Below are positions 1-11,107 of a DNA stretch of 61,647 bases, in pieces. The notes beneath the pieces are model-generated. The model did not search any database, had not been told where the DNA came from, and worked only from the letters and a program-made list of their open reading frames with translations. Made by a program: the position numbers and the translations under genes. Positions within the stretch are counted from its first letter, which is position 1; each line of letters opens with the position of its first letter. Source of the DNA: Seison nebaliae (lineage: Eukaryota); assembly GCA_023231475.1 (NCBI GenBank), contig JALJEE010001547.1:1-61647 (forward strand). Direction: 5' to 3'.

Positions 1-315
1 TTAATTTATCATTTTATATTCAAACATATTCTTATCTTCCTATTATTTTTCAACTTTAGTAAACTATCCTTTTACACTTCTTTCTATCCACTAACTCACT
101 AGTCGAATTATCACTCTCCTCTCCAATCTCATCGAATCATAATTGCCGTTGGGTCGACTCATCACATGGACAGCGTTCCTTCGGTATAATTAAATAAATC
201 ATAAATTATTATAAATCGGAACATAATTATGTACAAAAAGATACGATATCTTTGAAGTATAATTAGTTGAAAATATGGGTTGACGGAAATTCTCGCTACA
301 TTTAAGTGTAATAGA

Positions 316-387
316 GGTTCTATGGTGTAGCGGTGAGCACTCTGGACTTTGAATCCAGCGACCCGAGTTCGAATCTCGGTAGGACCT
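316..387 (+). tRNA. tRNA-Gln, anticodon TTG
   Basis: Cloverleaf read directly: acceptor stem GGTTCTA/TAGGACC, D-arm GTGTAGCGGTGAGCAC, anticodon arm CTGGA-CTTTGAA-TCCAG, T-arm CCGAG-TTCGAAT-CTCGG, discriminator T; no encoded CCA. Confidence 0.97.
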
Positions 388-389
388 GA

Positions 390-394
390 TTTTT
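390..394 (+). terminator. Pol III terminator (T5) of the tRNA-Gln gene
   Basis: TTTTT run 3 nt after the tRNA 3' end. Confidence 0.75.
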
Positions 395-1338
395 AATTAT
401 CTTTTTCAAAGGATAAGTTGATTAAAATTTTATCGTTCGTCTAACATATCGGTCATAAATTAGACATTAAAGTAAATTAACATGATTGCTGTTTTGGGCT
501 TAATTTCTAGTTTGCAGAAATTTTTTGGAATGGCTTCCTATGTATACATATAGCGCTATAGCGCACTGCTAACATATAGAAACTTGATAAAAATTTGTCA
601 AATAAAATGAAAAATTCCGGGACCTTTTTTTAAAGCAGATAAAAATGAATTGAAATTCGTAAAGAATCGGTTCTGGTTAACTTGTAAAATTAAGTTGAAG
701 GATAATAACATAATATAAAAATAGCTTAGACCTAATTTAAAGAATCTTAATAAGTTAGAAATGTCTCAATTTGTCCCACTAAACTATAATAAAATTTTAA
801 ATTTCTCCCATAGTTTCAATTTCCTTAATTATGCAACTATCTAATGTATGGTGCATATTTTCAATAATTCTTTATAATTAATCGAATTGCTTCAACGAAT
901 AGGAGTAAATATTTCCCTTTAATTTCTCTGTTACATTATCCTCAGTCAAGGGGAAAAAAGGGAGAAAGATGAGGTAAAAAAATGGAAATAGAAACCTTTA
1001 ATTATTTTTCAGTCTTTTCCAACATCATTTGGCGAGAGACAATTAAAAATGTTGTTATAAAATAAAAACTCTTTCAAATATTTCGATGTAGAATTTGTTT
1101 GGAAGATAGTAGGCTTAACACTCGATTGAAGTTCGGCTAGAGAATTGCAACGGATAAATAGTGGTAGGAATGAGAAGTAGAAATAAGAAACGGAAAGGAA
1201 TATTATGAGAAATATCTTATAAAATTAGAAAGATTCTTCTTAAATGAACAATAAATTGAAGAAAAGAAAATTCGATGAATTACATGTCATGTCAGGCAAT
1301 TATATACACCTTTACACACCGAACTGTCTATATTAGTT

Positions 1339-1366
1339 ATGTGTGTGTCTGTGTGTGTGTGTGTGT
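1339..1366. repeat. (GT)n microsatellite
   Basis: atgtgtgtgtctgtgtgtgtgtgtgtgt; similar GT tracts near 19616-19680 and 55261-55325. Confidence 0.9.
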
Positions 1367-1722
1367 AAGGAGTGTAATTTGGAGGAGATGTTTATTTGGG
1401 AATGGTAGAGAAGATGTCTTTTCAATTCTCAGGAATATGGTAAATAAATATAAAAAAAATCTGTGAATTTCTAATTTGATTGAAATAGAAAATATTTGTT
1501 TTTTCTTTTTGCTTTTCTCCCAATCGGTTAAATGAGATTGCCCAACTGATCTGTCGAATTTTGATTACTTAAAATCAATTTTTAATTGGAGAAGACAAAT
1601 CGAAATGTATTTGGTTGTTATTAGGCGGAATAATTTCAATTTCATATTTGACCATAGTTGTTAAAGAAAGAAAGTTTATTTTCCTTTCAATTTTCCTTCG
1701 ATTTGAGACTGATTCAATTCAG

Positions 1723-4700
1723 ATGTTCATTTATCATTTCTTTTTAGGTATTTTATCTGGTGCAATCGGAACATGTATCGTCCTCCTATTAGTTTACAGA
1801 CGAATCACTTCCAATTTGAATTCGATGAGAATAAGCGAAGAATTCGAGGAGAACGACGAGCTGAAATTTGAGTTGCCGGATCGTGTAAAACGGACAATTG
1901 ATCGACGTCATGAAGATACGTTACAAGCGATAAATGTTTTTCAAAGTTTCCTTCTACAGGAAATGAAGGATACTATCGAATTCCGTCGAATGATTATGAG
2001 GAAACTATTCACTCAATTCGAAGATATACTCAACTTCGGGAAAATCGGTTTAGCACTTCACGATTTGACGATCGCTGATTTTCGAATGGATGCATCGACG
2101 ATTGATATCGGCGATATTCGTTTAGGTCAATGTGACATCGACAGACATACACAACGAATCGATTCGACGGAAATGTTCATCGACATCAATTATGACGACG
2201 GTTTCGTATTAACGGTGAAGGCTGATGTTGTCGTTCTGGGAACGGTGACTATTCGATGTAAAGCAAAACATTTAAGCGGTGTGGTCAGACTCGAATTCTC
2301 CCGAATTCCCTTCAACAACTGGAGTTTTTGTTTTCTAAAAGTTTCTATATTTTTTCCATTTTTGAGATTTGTTAAAATGTTTTCTTAGCGACCCAACATC
2401 GATTTAGAAGTACAAACTTATGTAGGAAAACGAAAAATTAATCGTTTAGCTGAAACGGTGAAGAGACAGATTATAAAACATATCGCTCAAAAGAACGTCT
2501 TTCCTAATGTTCGAATGAGAACCAAACCGTTTTTCCCAGCGAAACAACTTAATGAGAAATATGAGCCACTCATTCTTGGTGGTGTGGACGTGATTAAAGG
2601 TGATATTCGATTGAAAATTCATGAAATTGATCGATTACCCGAATTGAATTTGGATGAAGATATTCAATTCTATTTCACCATCTCTCTCGACCAACGACCA
2701 ATGTTGGAGTATATTCGTTGGAGAGACAACGATTTTCCCACTTTACTTTTAGAGGTTGTACGTATCGGTACAATTCAACGTGTTGGAATCGATTTGGTAG
2801 CGCGGAAAGTTCTCAACGAAAAGGAGATTGTCGTACATGACATTTATCACGAGTCTCCATGTTATCGAGCTGGTGTGGAAAAATATGATATATTGATAGC
2901 GATCAATAATATTCCGGTGGAGAAGGATGCCGGTCAAGTCTATCGTCGATTGAATCAATGTGTCGATCATTTCTCTCTTATCGTTCAACGACCACCGAAA
3001 GAATTATTTGTTCATGATGACAATTTCACTACTCTCCCATCGTTCGGAGATAGGAATGAACAAGATCGAAGTCGACGATTGGCCAATCGAACGACGACAG
3101 TGGCGAGGAGTGTCCTCCAAACAATATCATCAAAATTCCGTTCAGCTCATCATAGTGAATCGACTCTCGATGACACGAACAGTAATAACAGTAACATGAG
3201 AACGGAAGAAGAGAATAACGAAAGTTCTTCGGAAGATTTAGGAGGTGATTTATATCATGACGATTTTTGTCTATTATCAAATAATTATCCATTGGAAAGT
3301 ATACCAGAAAATGAGTCGAATGAATTGAATGATGAATCATCAAATGAGTTAGAGAAGGAGACGATTAATGAAAATATATCATTGTTGAATGAAGAGGAAA
3401 TAGATGAAAATAATTCCGCTCGTACAACCAATAGAGTGAGATCGGCGAAACCATATTCTCCAAAAATTCAATATCCGGCCAAATTTCAAACACGAACGAA
3501 TCTTTACACGTACGAAGGTCGTCATATGGTGAAAATTGACGAGACATTCGAATCAAATATTAGCAAACATCGATATCTCAACATTCTGTTATGGGCACGA
3601 GAAGTAGATGAAGGAAAACGATCGACCAAGATCAATCGGAAATATGAGAAACGAATGAACAAATCCGAAGAATTGATCAGAATCGATATTGGTGTCGCTC
3701 ACAAATATGACCATCTTTTAGGTGTAACTTCCATACCGACGAATGAAATAATGTTACAATGTTTGACCACGTCGAGACATGATGCGATAATCACAAAAAA
3801 TATTTTACCTGTTGATATTTCATCATCTCAAGATGATCGGAAAATATCGAAAGCTTTCCATCGTCATCATTATCGAGCGAAATTCGAACCGATGGGCTAC
3901 AATAAAGCATTAGCTAACGGTTATCTCACTTTTCATTTGTATCACACATTCCAATCTACTTGTTCCTCCAATCAACCATTCCGTCGTGTTCGTACTCGTA
4001 TGGAAATGAAAGATGATATGACATCGGTTTTCACTCCCAGTCCTTTCGAGAATACACAATCCGATTCTCATATCGACATTAATCATGCTTCATTATTGAA
4101 AGATGCTCGTCGATATGTGACGGATGAATTTATCAGAGTTCGAGAGAAAGATTTAGAAGCGAAGAAAAAAGTGTCGAAACGTCAATTTAAATCAGCTATC
4201 GATAAAAATAAAGCAGCATTCACTAGGAAACCAAGCGCCATACTTAGCAAAGTTCAATTGCACAAAGGGGGAAATTCACATCATTTCCAGATTGCACATG
4301 TTCCACGCGATCATCATCGTTGTTCGTTTTGTGAGAAGAAGTTCTGGAGTCGAATGGCGAAGATTTGCGTCAAATGTAACATTTATATTCATAGTCGATG
4401 TGAACAAGCTTGTTTAACTTCCACTGTTTGTACGGAAGGTAACGATTATTGGAATTCGGATGTGTTAGAAGATGAAGATGATGATCATCCGATTGAAGAT
4501 GGTGAATCGAGAGATAATTCCTCTCAAAATAATAATTGTGAAATTGTACATGATTTGGAGGTGGAGGAAGGTGGTGAAGAAGAATCATCTGATCGAGAAG
4601 AATCGAAAGAAGATGAATTGAATGAAACAATCATTCCAACTGAAAAACATGTCGATCAATCATCCCTAATTAATTCGTCTTCTATTCTTCCATCTGAACT

Positions 4701-5358
4701 TCGTAATCGTTTCACATCTAATGTCACTAATCTCCTCTCCAACAACGACGATCGGCAACAAAATAATACGATTTGGCCAATACGACGTGATGATTTCCGT
4801 CGTCGTATAGATAATTTCACTGGGAAAAGTGTTAACGCCATTTCGAAATGGAGGAATTCTCGTCTTCAACCTAAACGAAACGATCTGATGGAAAAGGCGG
4901 AGAATATCTTGCAAGATTTCAAATTAGATCATAAAACCAGACGTTCTGATATAGTCAATAACAACACCAACCATCATCACATTGTCGAGAATAATAATAA
5001 GAAGGATTCGATAGAAACATTCAAATCCAATTCCACCAAATCAGCCAATGTGCCGAATCAGACTCCAATGGAGGAATCGATCTCGTTACCAAATTCGTTG
5101 AAACTGAAGAAAGAGGAAACGAATCATGTCCAACTCTCGACTTCGTTACCATCATCTCTTACAAGAGAGGAGATGAGTATCATTAATTCCTCATTAACAA
5201 CTGTGGCAACATCAACTCCATCAAATGAATTACCAATAACCATTCCAATAACAGAAGCATCCTCCACAACATCAACGATAGACGAACATAAAATTTTCGA
5301 GAAGAAGAAAAATTTCGATACGATTGAAGAACAAATATTCATCGAACATAATCTATAG
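1723..5358 (+). CDS. PDZD8: PDZ domain-containing protein 8 (TM-SMP-C2/PDZ-C1 ER contact-site lipid transfer protein); exons 1723-2340 and 2389-5358
   Basis: N-terminal TM (MFIYHFFLGILSGAIG), SMP-like region (LSGVVRLEFSRIPFNNWSFCFLK/RPNIDLEV...RTKPFFP), PDZ (SPCYRAGVEKYDILIAINNIPV), C1 finger (HHF...CSFCEKKFW...CVKCNIYIHSRC). A 48-nt GTTTCT..TAG intron (2341-2388) joins the two ORFs in frame. Confidence 0.88.
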
Positions 5359-5689
5359 ATGATTCTTTCCTCTTCTCTCTCTCACATTTTATTGGAAGTG
5401 TGTCCTCATCTCTTCTATTTCTTATTTATTTCATTATTATGCTCGTCTATTATTTATTCGCATATTTATTATCAAATAAATTTCATCATTCTTCAACTTT
5501 CAAATGTCTATAAATGTCTGTATCCTACATTTATTTTCCGATATTTTTTCCTGTTTTTCTAACATTTTCCTTAAAACTTCTTTGGAATTATTGCACTTGG
5601 AAGATCAAATAATTATTTTACATTTTTCAACTTCTTATTGCACATTAATCAAATCTTTGAACATGTTTCCATAGCATTCATTCTTCCAT

Positions 5690-5990
5690 CATCCTTCAAC
5701 TTACAAGGCAACTACATTTACATCCCGGCTCAGATAATCTGGAAAATTCGGGAATAAGAAGAACATTATTTTTCATCTCTCAACATTTAACCACTTTTCC
5801 ACACGGTGCATATTCTGTCCACAATTTAATTATGAACTTTCTGACCTTAGGTATGATTTCTGAACTATTCGTAAACTAGGAGAATTCTCATATAACATAT
5901 TTTTCAGAAATCCAATTAATAGGAATCTCGTTGCTCAAATTGTGCACAATATACTATTTAACAACCACACTCCCACTTTGGCTCTAAAGA
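5690..5990 (-). mobile_element. Decayed interspersed repeat, possibly Ty3/gypsy RNase H remnant
   Basis: Shares blocks with 48390-48555 (actacatttacatcccggctcagataatctg vs actacacttacataccggctgagattaatctg; cttttccacacggtgcatattctgtccacaatttaatta vs cttttccagatggtgcatattttgtgcacaatttaatta). Minus-strand fragments EIPINWISEK, IKLWTEYAP and NFPDYLSR loosely resemble gypsy RNase H motifs; stops and frameshifts present. Confidence 0.4.
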
Positions 5991-6792
5991 TAAAATAAAC
6001 AAAGTAGAATTTATCTGTTACACATGTGTAATTCTTCAAATAAACGATGTTAAGACATAGTAATATTTTCGTTGTATTTTCATGTTAATGTTTAGAATAC
6101 AATCGAAACAATTCAACCCAATCTCTTGATTATACAATAGATTTCATGATACAATAATGAAATGGTGTGCATGCTTTGTGCACGAACTGATTGGAGAACC
6201 AACTACCGAAAAGTGACAGTGACTCTCACAATTGAAACACAACTCATAAAAAGTGAACAAACAAGAGTCCAGCTTATTTCAACTACTCATTTACATAAAA
6301 TTTTTGAATTAGCTAATTCTCTATTTCTTCGAATTGCATTAGAAAGGAGTTTGTTTGCTTTCACTAAAGTTGAGATTATTGTCGTTCTTTGAAATGAGTT
6401 TTATTTTCGAAGATTTTACTTTAGGGAAAACCCTTTTTTTTTACCAAAAAATTCACCAATGTGACTACGAAAAAAAAAGTTCGATCGTATTAATTCTGTA
6501 ACATTAATTCTGCTGCTAATTGCATGAAAAGGAAGACTTAGCCTTTTAGACTGTTTAAGACTTTTTGATTCATTCCATTATAAAAATGACCGGTTAATCG
6601 ATTATTCAATAAAATTTTCTTCTTCACCAAATCGAGAAATGGTTTAATAAAAAGTGAGAAAAAGAGTAATCATAAAGATTTTTTACGAATCAGTTAATGG
6701 AAAAATTTAGTTGAAGTTGAACTTAAAATTGATCATGTTTTTTTCGCCATCACAATCGACATTACAAATTTTATATTTATTTCTACATTAAT

Positions 6793-7150
6793 TTCTATAT
6801 GACCAATTTAAAAATAAACATGAACATTGCCTTGTCACTTCTCTTACCGAAGAGATATCTCCACAATATCGATTTTGTGCAAAAAGTCTGATCTCGCTGA
6901 ACCGAATTACGAAATGTGTGAGAGTCTCCTATCAAATTGTTCTGTTTTTATTATTCACTATGTCTTCCTGAATCGTATCCGGATACTGTTCAGTTAATTT
7001 CAAACTTCTATATTGATTCTTATATTCCTGAAACGCTGAAGAACGAATTGACTTCAGGAAGGAATCTTATTATCAATAACTCTGCGAAAGAGCTATCATT
7101 TTTTCTATTTAATTTGCCCCGCGAGGATTCGATTTATTAATAAAAAAAAA
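6793..7150 (+). mobile_element. 5'-truncated non-LTR retrotransposon 3' end, copy 1 (frameshifted)
   Basis: Translation across frameshifts RYLHNIDFVQK/SDLAEPNYEMCES/LFCFYYSLCLP...KELSFFLFNLPREDSIY* is homologous to the 8743-9187 copy; stop followed directly by taaaaaaaaa. Confidence 0.6.
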
Positions 7151-7234
7151 TAAGAATTATAAAATTATCTATTATGACACTAATCTATTTTACGTGATCT
7201 CATAAATTCTCAGAGTTTTCCGCACTAAACGGAA

Positions 7235-7970
7235 ATGTTTCGTCCGTTAATCAATTTATTATTTATGACATTGGTCACATGTAATTGGGTGGAGTATTCA
7301 ATCCGAACATTAAATTATCATATGGAAATGAAAATAAAGGAAGTTGAAGATAAGGGTTATGACGGTTGTGAGAATCGATGTACGTCACATGGCGAATCTT
7401 GGATAAACTTGATTGTTCCCGATTTACACTTCTTTTACTTCCTTGATACTATTAAAAGAGAAAAATCTTATCTACTTGGTCTATGTCGGAAACAATCAAA
7501 CTTTCATACATGGCAAGACCGGTACAAAACAAAAACCTTCAATGCAGATGATAAATGTGAGTTGTGGTTACACGACGAACCCGACAGTATAAGTCAGACC
7601 ATTGGACTTATTCGTGAAAAAAATCCCGCAAAAAATTTCACGAGAAATAAAAATACAGCATATGAACATCATGCTTTAAGTGATTATAAACCAACCGCTA
7701 ATTTTTACTTGGCTTGTTCCAATATTAAAGTTACGAAATTGGAACCGAAATTCATTATTTCTGATCCAAGTTTATATTAATCATAAATGACTCGGATTAT
7801 AATTTGTTTCAGATAGACAACTAATTCGAAAAATAATTGCCGAGTTACCCAACATCGATTACAAACTAATTTATGGATATGAATACTGTTTCAATGATAC
7901 GATTTTGACATTTCCAGAAGGTAAAGCATCGTTAATCTACAAACACTTCGATCGTAAAGACTTCGTATAA
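7235..7970 (+). CDS. Orphan putatively secreted protein (about 230 aa); exons 7235-7769 and 7813-7970
   Basis: Signal-peptide-like start MFRPLINLLFMTLVTC; several Cys; a 43-nt GTTTAT..TTTCAG intron (7770-7812) extends the frame to ...YKHFDRKDFV* at 7970. No family recognised. Confidence 0.6.
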
Positions 7971-8742
7971 TTTGGAAAGATTCTTATTCAACAGTTTTTA
8001 TTATTCGGTCATCAATTTTCTAGTCGTTTGAAATTGATTACTATAATAATAAATTTTATATCATTTCACTTCAACATATTTTCCTGCTTCTTATCATTTT
8101 TTACTTCATCAAAATGATCTCATCTCATTAACTTACAGAACTTTCAATTACAGAATTTACTCTTCTCTTCGTTGGACAAAATAAAATTTTTTTATATTAT
8201 CTCCACCATTTGATTTGGTCGTTCATAATTCTACAGTTAAATTCATCTTAGGATTAGGAGGAACGATTAAGAGTTTACACATTAAATATCGATCATTATT
8301 AATTGTCATGGAACAAAGCAGAGTTTTACATATTTCCCTAAAACAATCTTATTTAGAAATTTATAGAGTGGAAGTATAAGAAATATTTCGAATACTAGTA
8401 TCGAATCCTCGAGCAAGAATGACTTTAATAGGCAGTCAATCTTTTTCATTTTCGAAGAGGCATTCACTCAAATATCGAAACCTCAATTCAATTTTTCACC
8501 TCATAAAATATTATTCGGGAAGGAGTTCACCAAAATTGAGTGTTTCGAAGGAGAATTCACCTTTTTACTTAATATTTATTTTCATAATTATTCATTAAAG
8601 TATCGTTAATCATTCCACCCAGTGATTTTTCAGGTTTCTGTTCCTCTCTCTTAGCCATTGACTCTACTATCTCTAACAAGGGAAATTCAACTACCTCTGA
8701 CTCGAAATCGGACCTGAAACTTCGCATAGTTAGTTTTTTTGT

Positions 8743-9187
8743 CGAATATACAACCGAACAGTACGTATGTTACTCGGATGTGGCAAGTCTTTTAATAGAC
8801 CATTTATGTTCTATGTTAGCGGTCTGAAACCTTTGCCACTTCTCTTACAATAATAGGATAGTTAGTAATCATAGTTAGTGGAACGATACTTGAGAATACT
8901 CGATTCTGTTGGGACTTCCGAACTCGACTTACCGTCTTTCGTTCAGTGTGAAAATTTTGTTTCATCGTTAACTTTCTTTTGTCATTACTATGGTTTAACT
9001 ATTCCTTATACCATAAATAATTTCCGAATTCTGCTGTTAAATTTAAACATATCATTTCATGTGCCTGATTTGTTGCTTTCAAGAATAGATCAGGCCAAAT
9101 CATTTGTTTCCGCTGATTCACCTAGTGAGTTATCTTATTTCCTTCTTCACTTACCCCGTGAGGACTTGGTTTTATAATAAAAAAAAA
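8743..9187 (+). mobile_element. 5'-truncated non-LTR retrotransposon 3' end, copy 2
   Basis: RIYNRTVRMLLGCGKSFNRPFMFYVSGLKPL (resembles the post-RT YNRxxRxxLG region of LINE ORF2), then ...SELSYFLLHLPREDLVL* followed by taaaaaaaaa. Confidence 0.65.
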
Positions 9188-11107
9188 GAATATATTAATG
9201 AGACTTTTGGTGTTAACTTTGAACAATTCAAAGTTATCTTGGATTCACCTTAAGTCAAATTTAAGTTGCATCAATAATAGAGTGACAAGATGTATTGTTA
9301 CGCAGTTACCACTTGGTAAAATGGTTTGAGGACCATTGTAATGTAGCTAACATATTTCAAAGCTGATGGTGATGGAGGATTAAAAAATAGTTGCCTTGAT
9401 TAAAAACAGAATTAATTGAAGGTTGTAGTTCTTCCAATCGTTCATATGTAGGATAAATTCCTCTTTATTTTCTTCTTATCATTCTTTACTATTTCTTCAT
9501 GGGCTGAAGATAATAGGATTTTCTTTAAAAAATTCTTATTTTCTTTAAGTTCCAAAGTAGATTTTTTGAGAAAGAATTATCTTACTACGCAATTGATTAG
9601 CTGGCAAACTCACGGTTGTCCCGGTAATTCTGGGGAAAAATCGTTATCGGCAGACTCATCTTCAATTATTTATTAATTTAGGTATTTATGAATAATTAAG
9701 GTAATCACTATCATGAGAATAATTAAAGTTATCGCTACTTTGACTATTCTTTGATCTCTGACCAGAAGGTAAATCAGTTGTCAAAAATGTATCCTTAATG
9801 AAATTCAAAGATTGAAGTTTAATTGGTTAATGAAAAGATTTGACAACAATAGGTTAAAATTTAACCAAAAAATAGGATTATTCAGAAGAGGGACGATAAT
9901 CTAATGGAAATGCCTTTCGTACATTTGCTCTTCAATCTGTTACGATTCCACTAACTTTTTGATACTTACTCCATTCTCTTCCAAAATATCCTTCATAGCA
10001 TCGTTTATTCGACGTCCTGTGTGCGGTCGATTTAAAGTCGATTTTAAAAGTTTAAACTAAAATTTAGCTTTTATTGTCACTTACTCCCCAAAACATGTGT
10101 ACCCCAGGTTATTCAGGTGTGTTGGGTGGAGAAAAAATTATTCCGTATCAACACAAACATCAACACTGAAATGGAGTTGATATTTGGTTTTGATTGATTT
10201 CCTTTCCGAAATGAAGTTGATGTTTGATTTTAGACTGATTTCCTATCTGAAACCTAAGAAAGTGGCTGAATCCTCTTGGAAAACAATTAAGAGGATGAAT
10301 GAAAACATTGGGTGAATACGTGACGGATCACGTATTGACGGGTGAAAATCACCGTGATATAGAGCTCTAAATCAACGAAACTAGCCCGTTGGGAAGCCTT
10401 AAAATGAACCCTTCAATGTGAGGGCTTAAATGTATACTAGGGCCAGTTCTAGTTTCTTTTTCGTATCACCTCGTGTCATTCGTCTCATAATCGACTTTTC
10501 GGAATACTGCAAATCATTTTACTTCATAACATTACCATATGTCATAACATAAACTTATTATAACTAATAACTGATTATTAATAATAAAAAATTGTGAGAG
10601 ATGAAGCATCAATTCAGTAGTGAGTGTTTTGTTTCTGTAATGGCTGAAACGTGCAATAACAATATCACGAATGACTGATGTGAACTTAATGTTATCACCC
10701 GGATCCTGGCAGCTAGTATCAACATCGACGTTGCAAATCGAGTTCTGGTGGACTCTTAATTATTTAGTCACGCCGTTCTCCTGATGAGTAAACCTTAATC
10801 ACCCAAATTTAAGGAAGATGTTTTAGAATCAGGCATGTGAATAACCTACATGTTGACAGAACTTCCTGATCGAGTGCACTAAGATTAATCATCCTTGTAG
10901 CACTATAAATAGACTTCCTTTCTTTAAGACTTTACCTCACATATAAAATATTAAAACTCCATTATTCAAATAATTCCTTTTACAATTCAAACTCTCCTAT
11001 CTTTCTATTTCTATTAAATAAATTCTATTAAGTTGTATGAAGAAATGATGGTATATTCTACAAAACGAAAGATTATTGAAATAGTGAAAGAAATGAAATA
11101 TGAATCT

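Noticed and set aside
5359..5562. ORF starting immediately after the PDZD8 stop (possible readthrough or reinitiation)
   Set aside because: F/I/L/Y-rich translation of T-rich 3' UTR sequence; no similarity to the missing PDZD8 tail.
9230..10300. Faint RT-like peptides (SYLGFTL on plus near 9235; SATFLGFR on minus near 10255)
   Set aside because: Only 6-8 residues each, amid stops; probably TE debris but not assignable.
10770..10830. CTGATGAG suggesting a hammerhead ribozyme
   Set aside because: No GAAA after a stem II and no stems I and III found.
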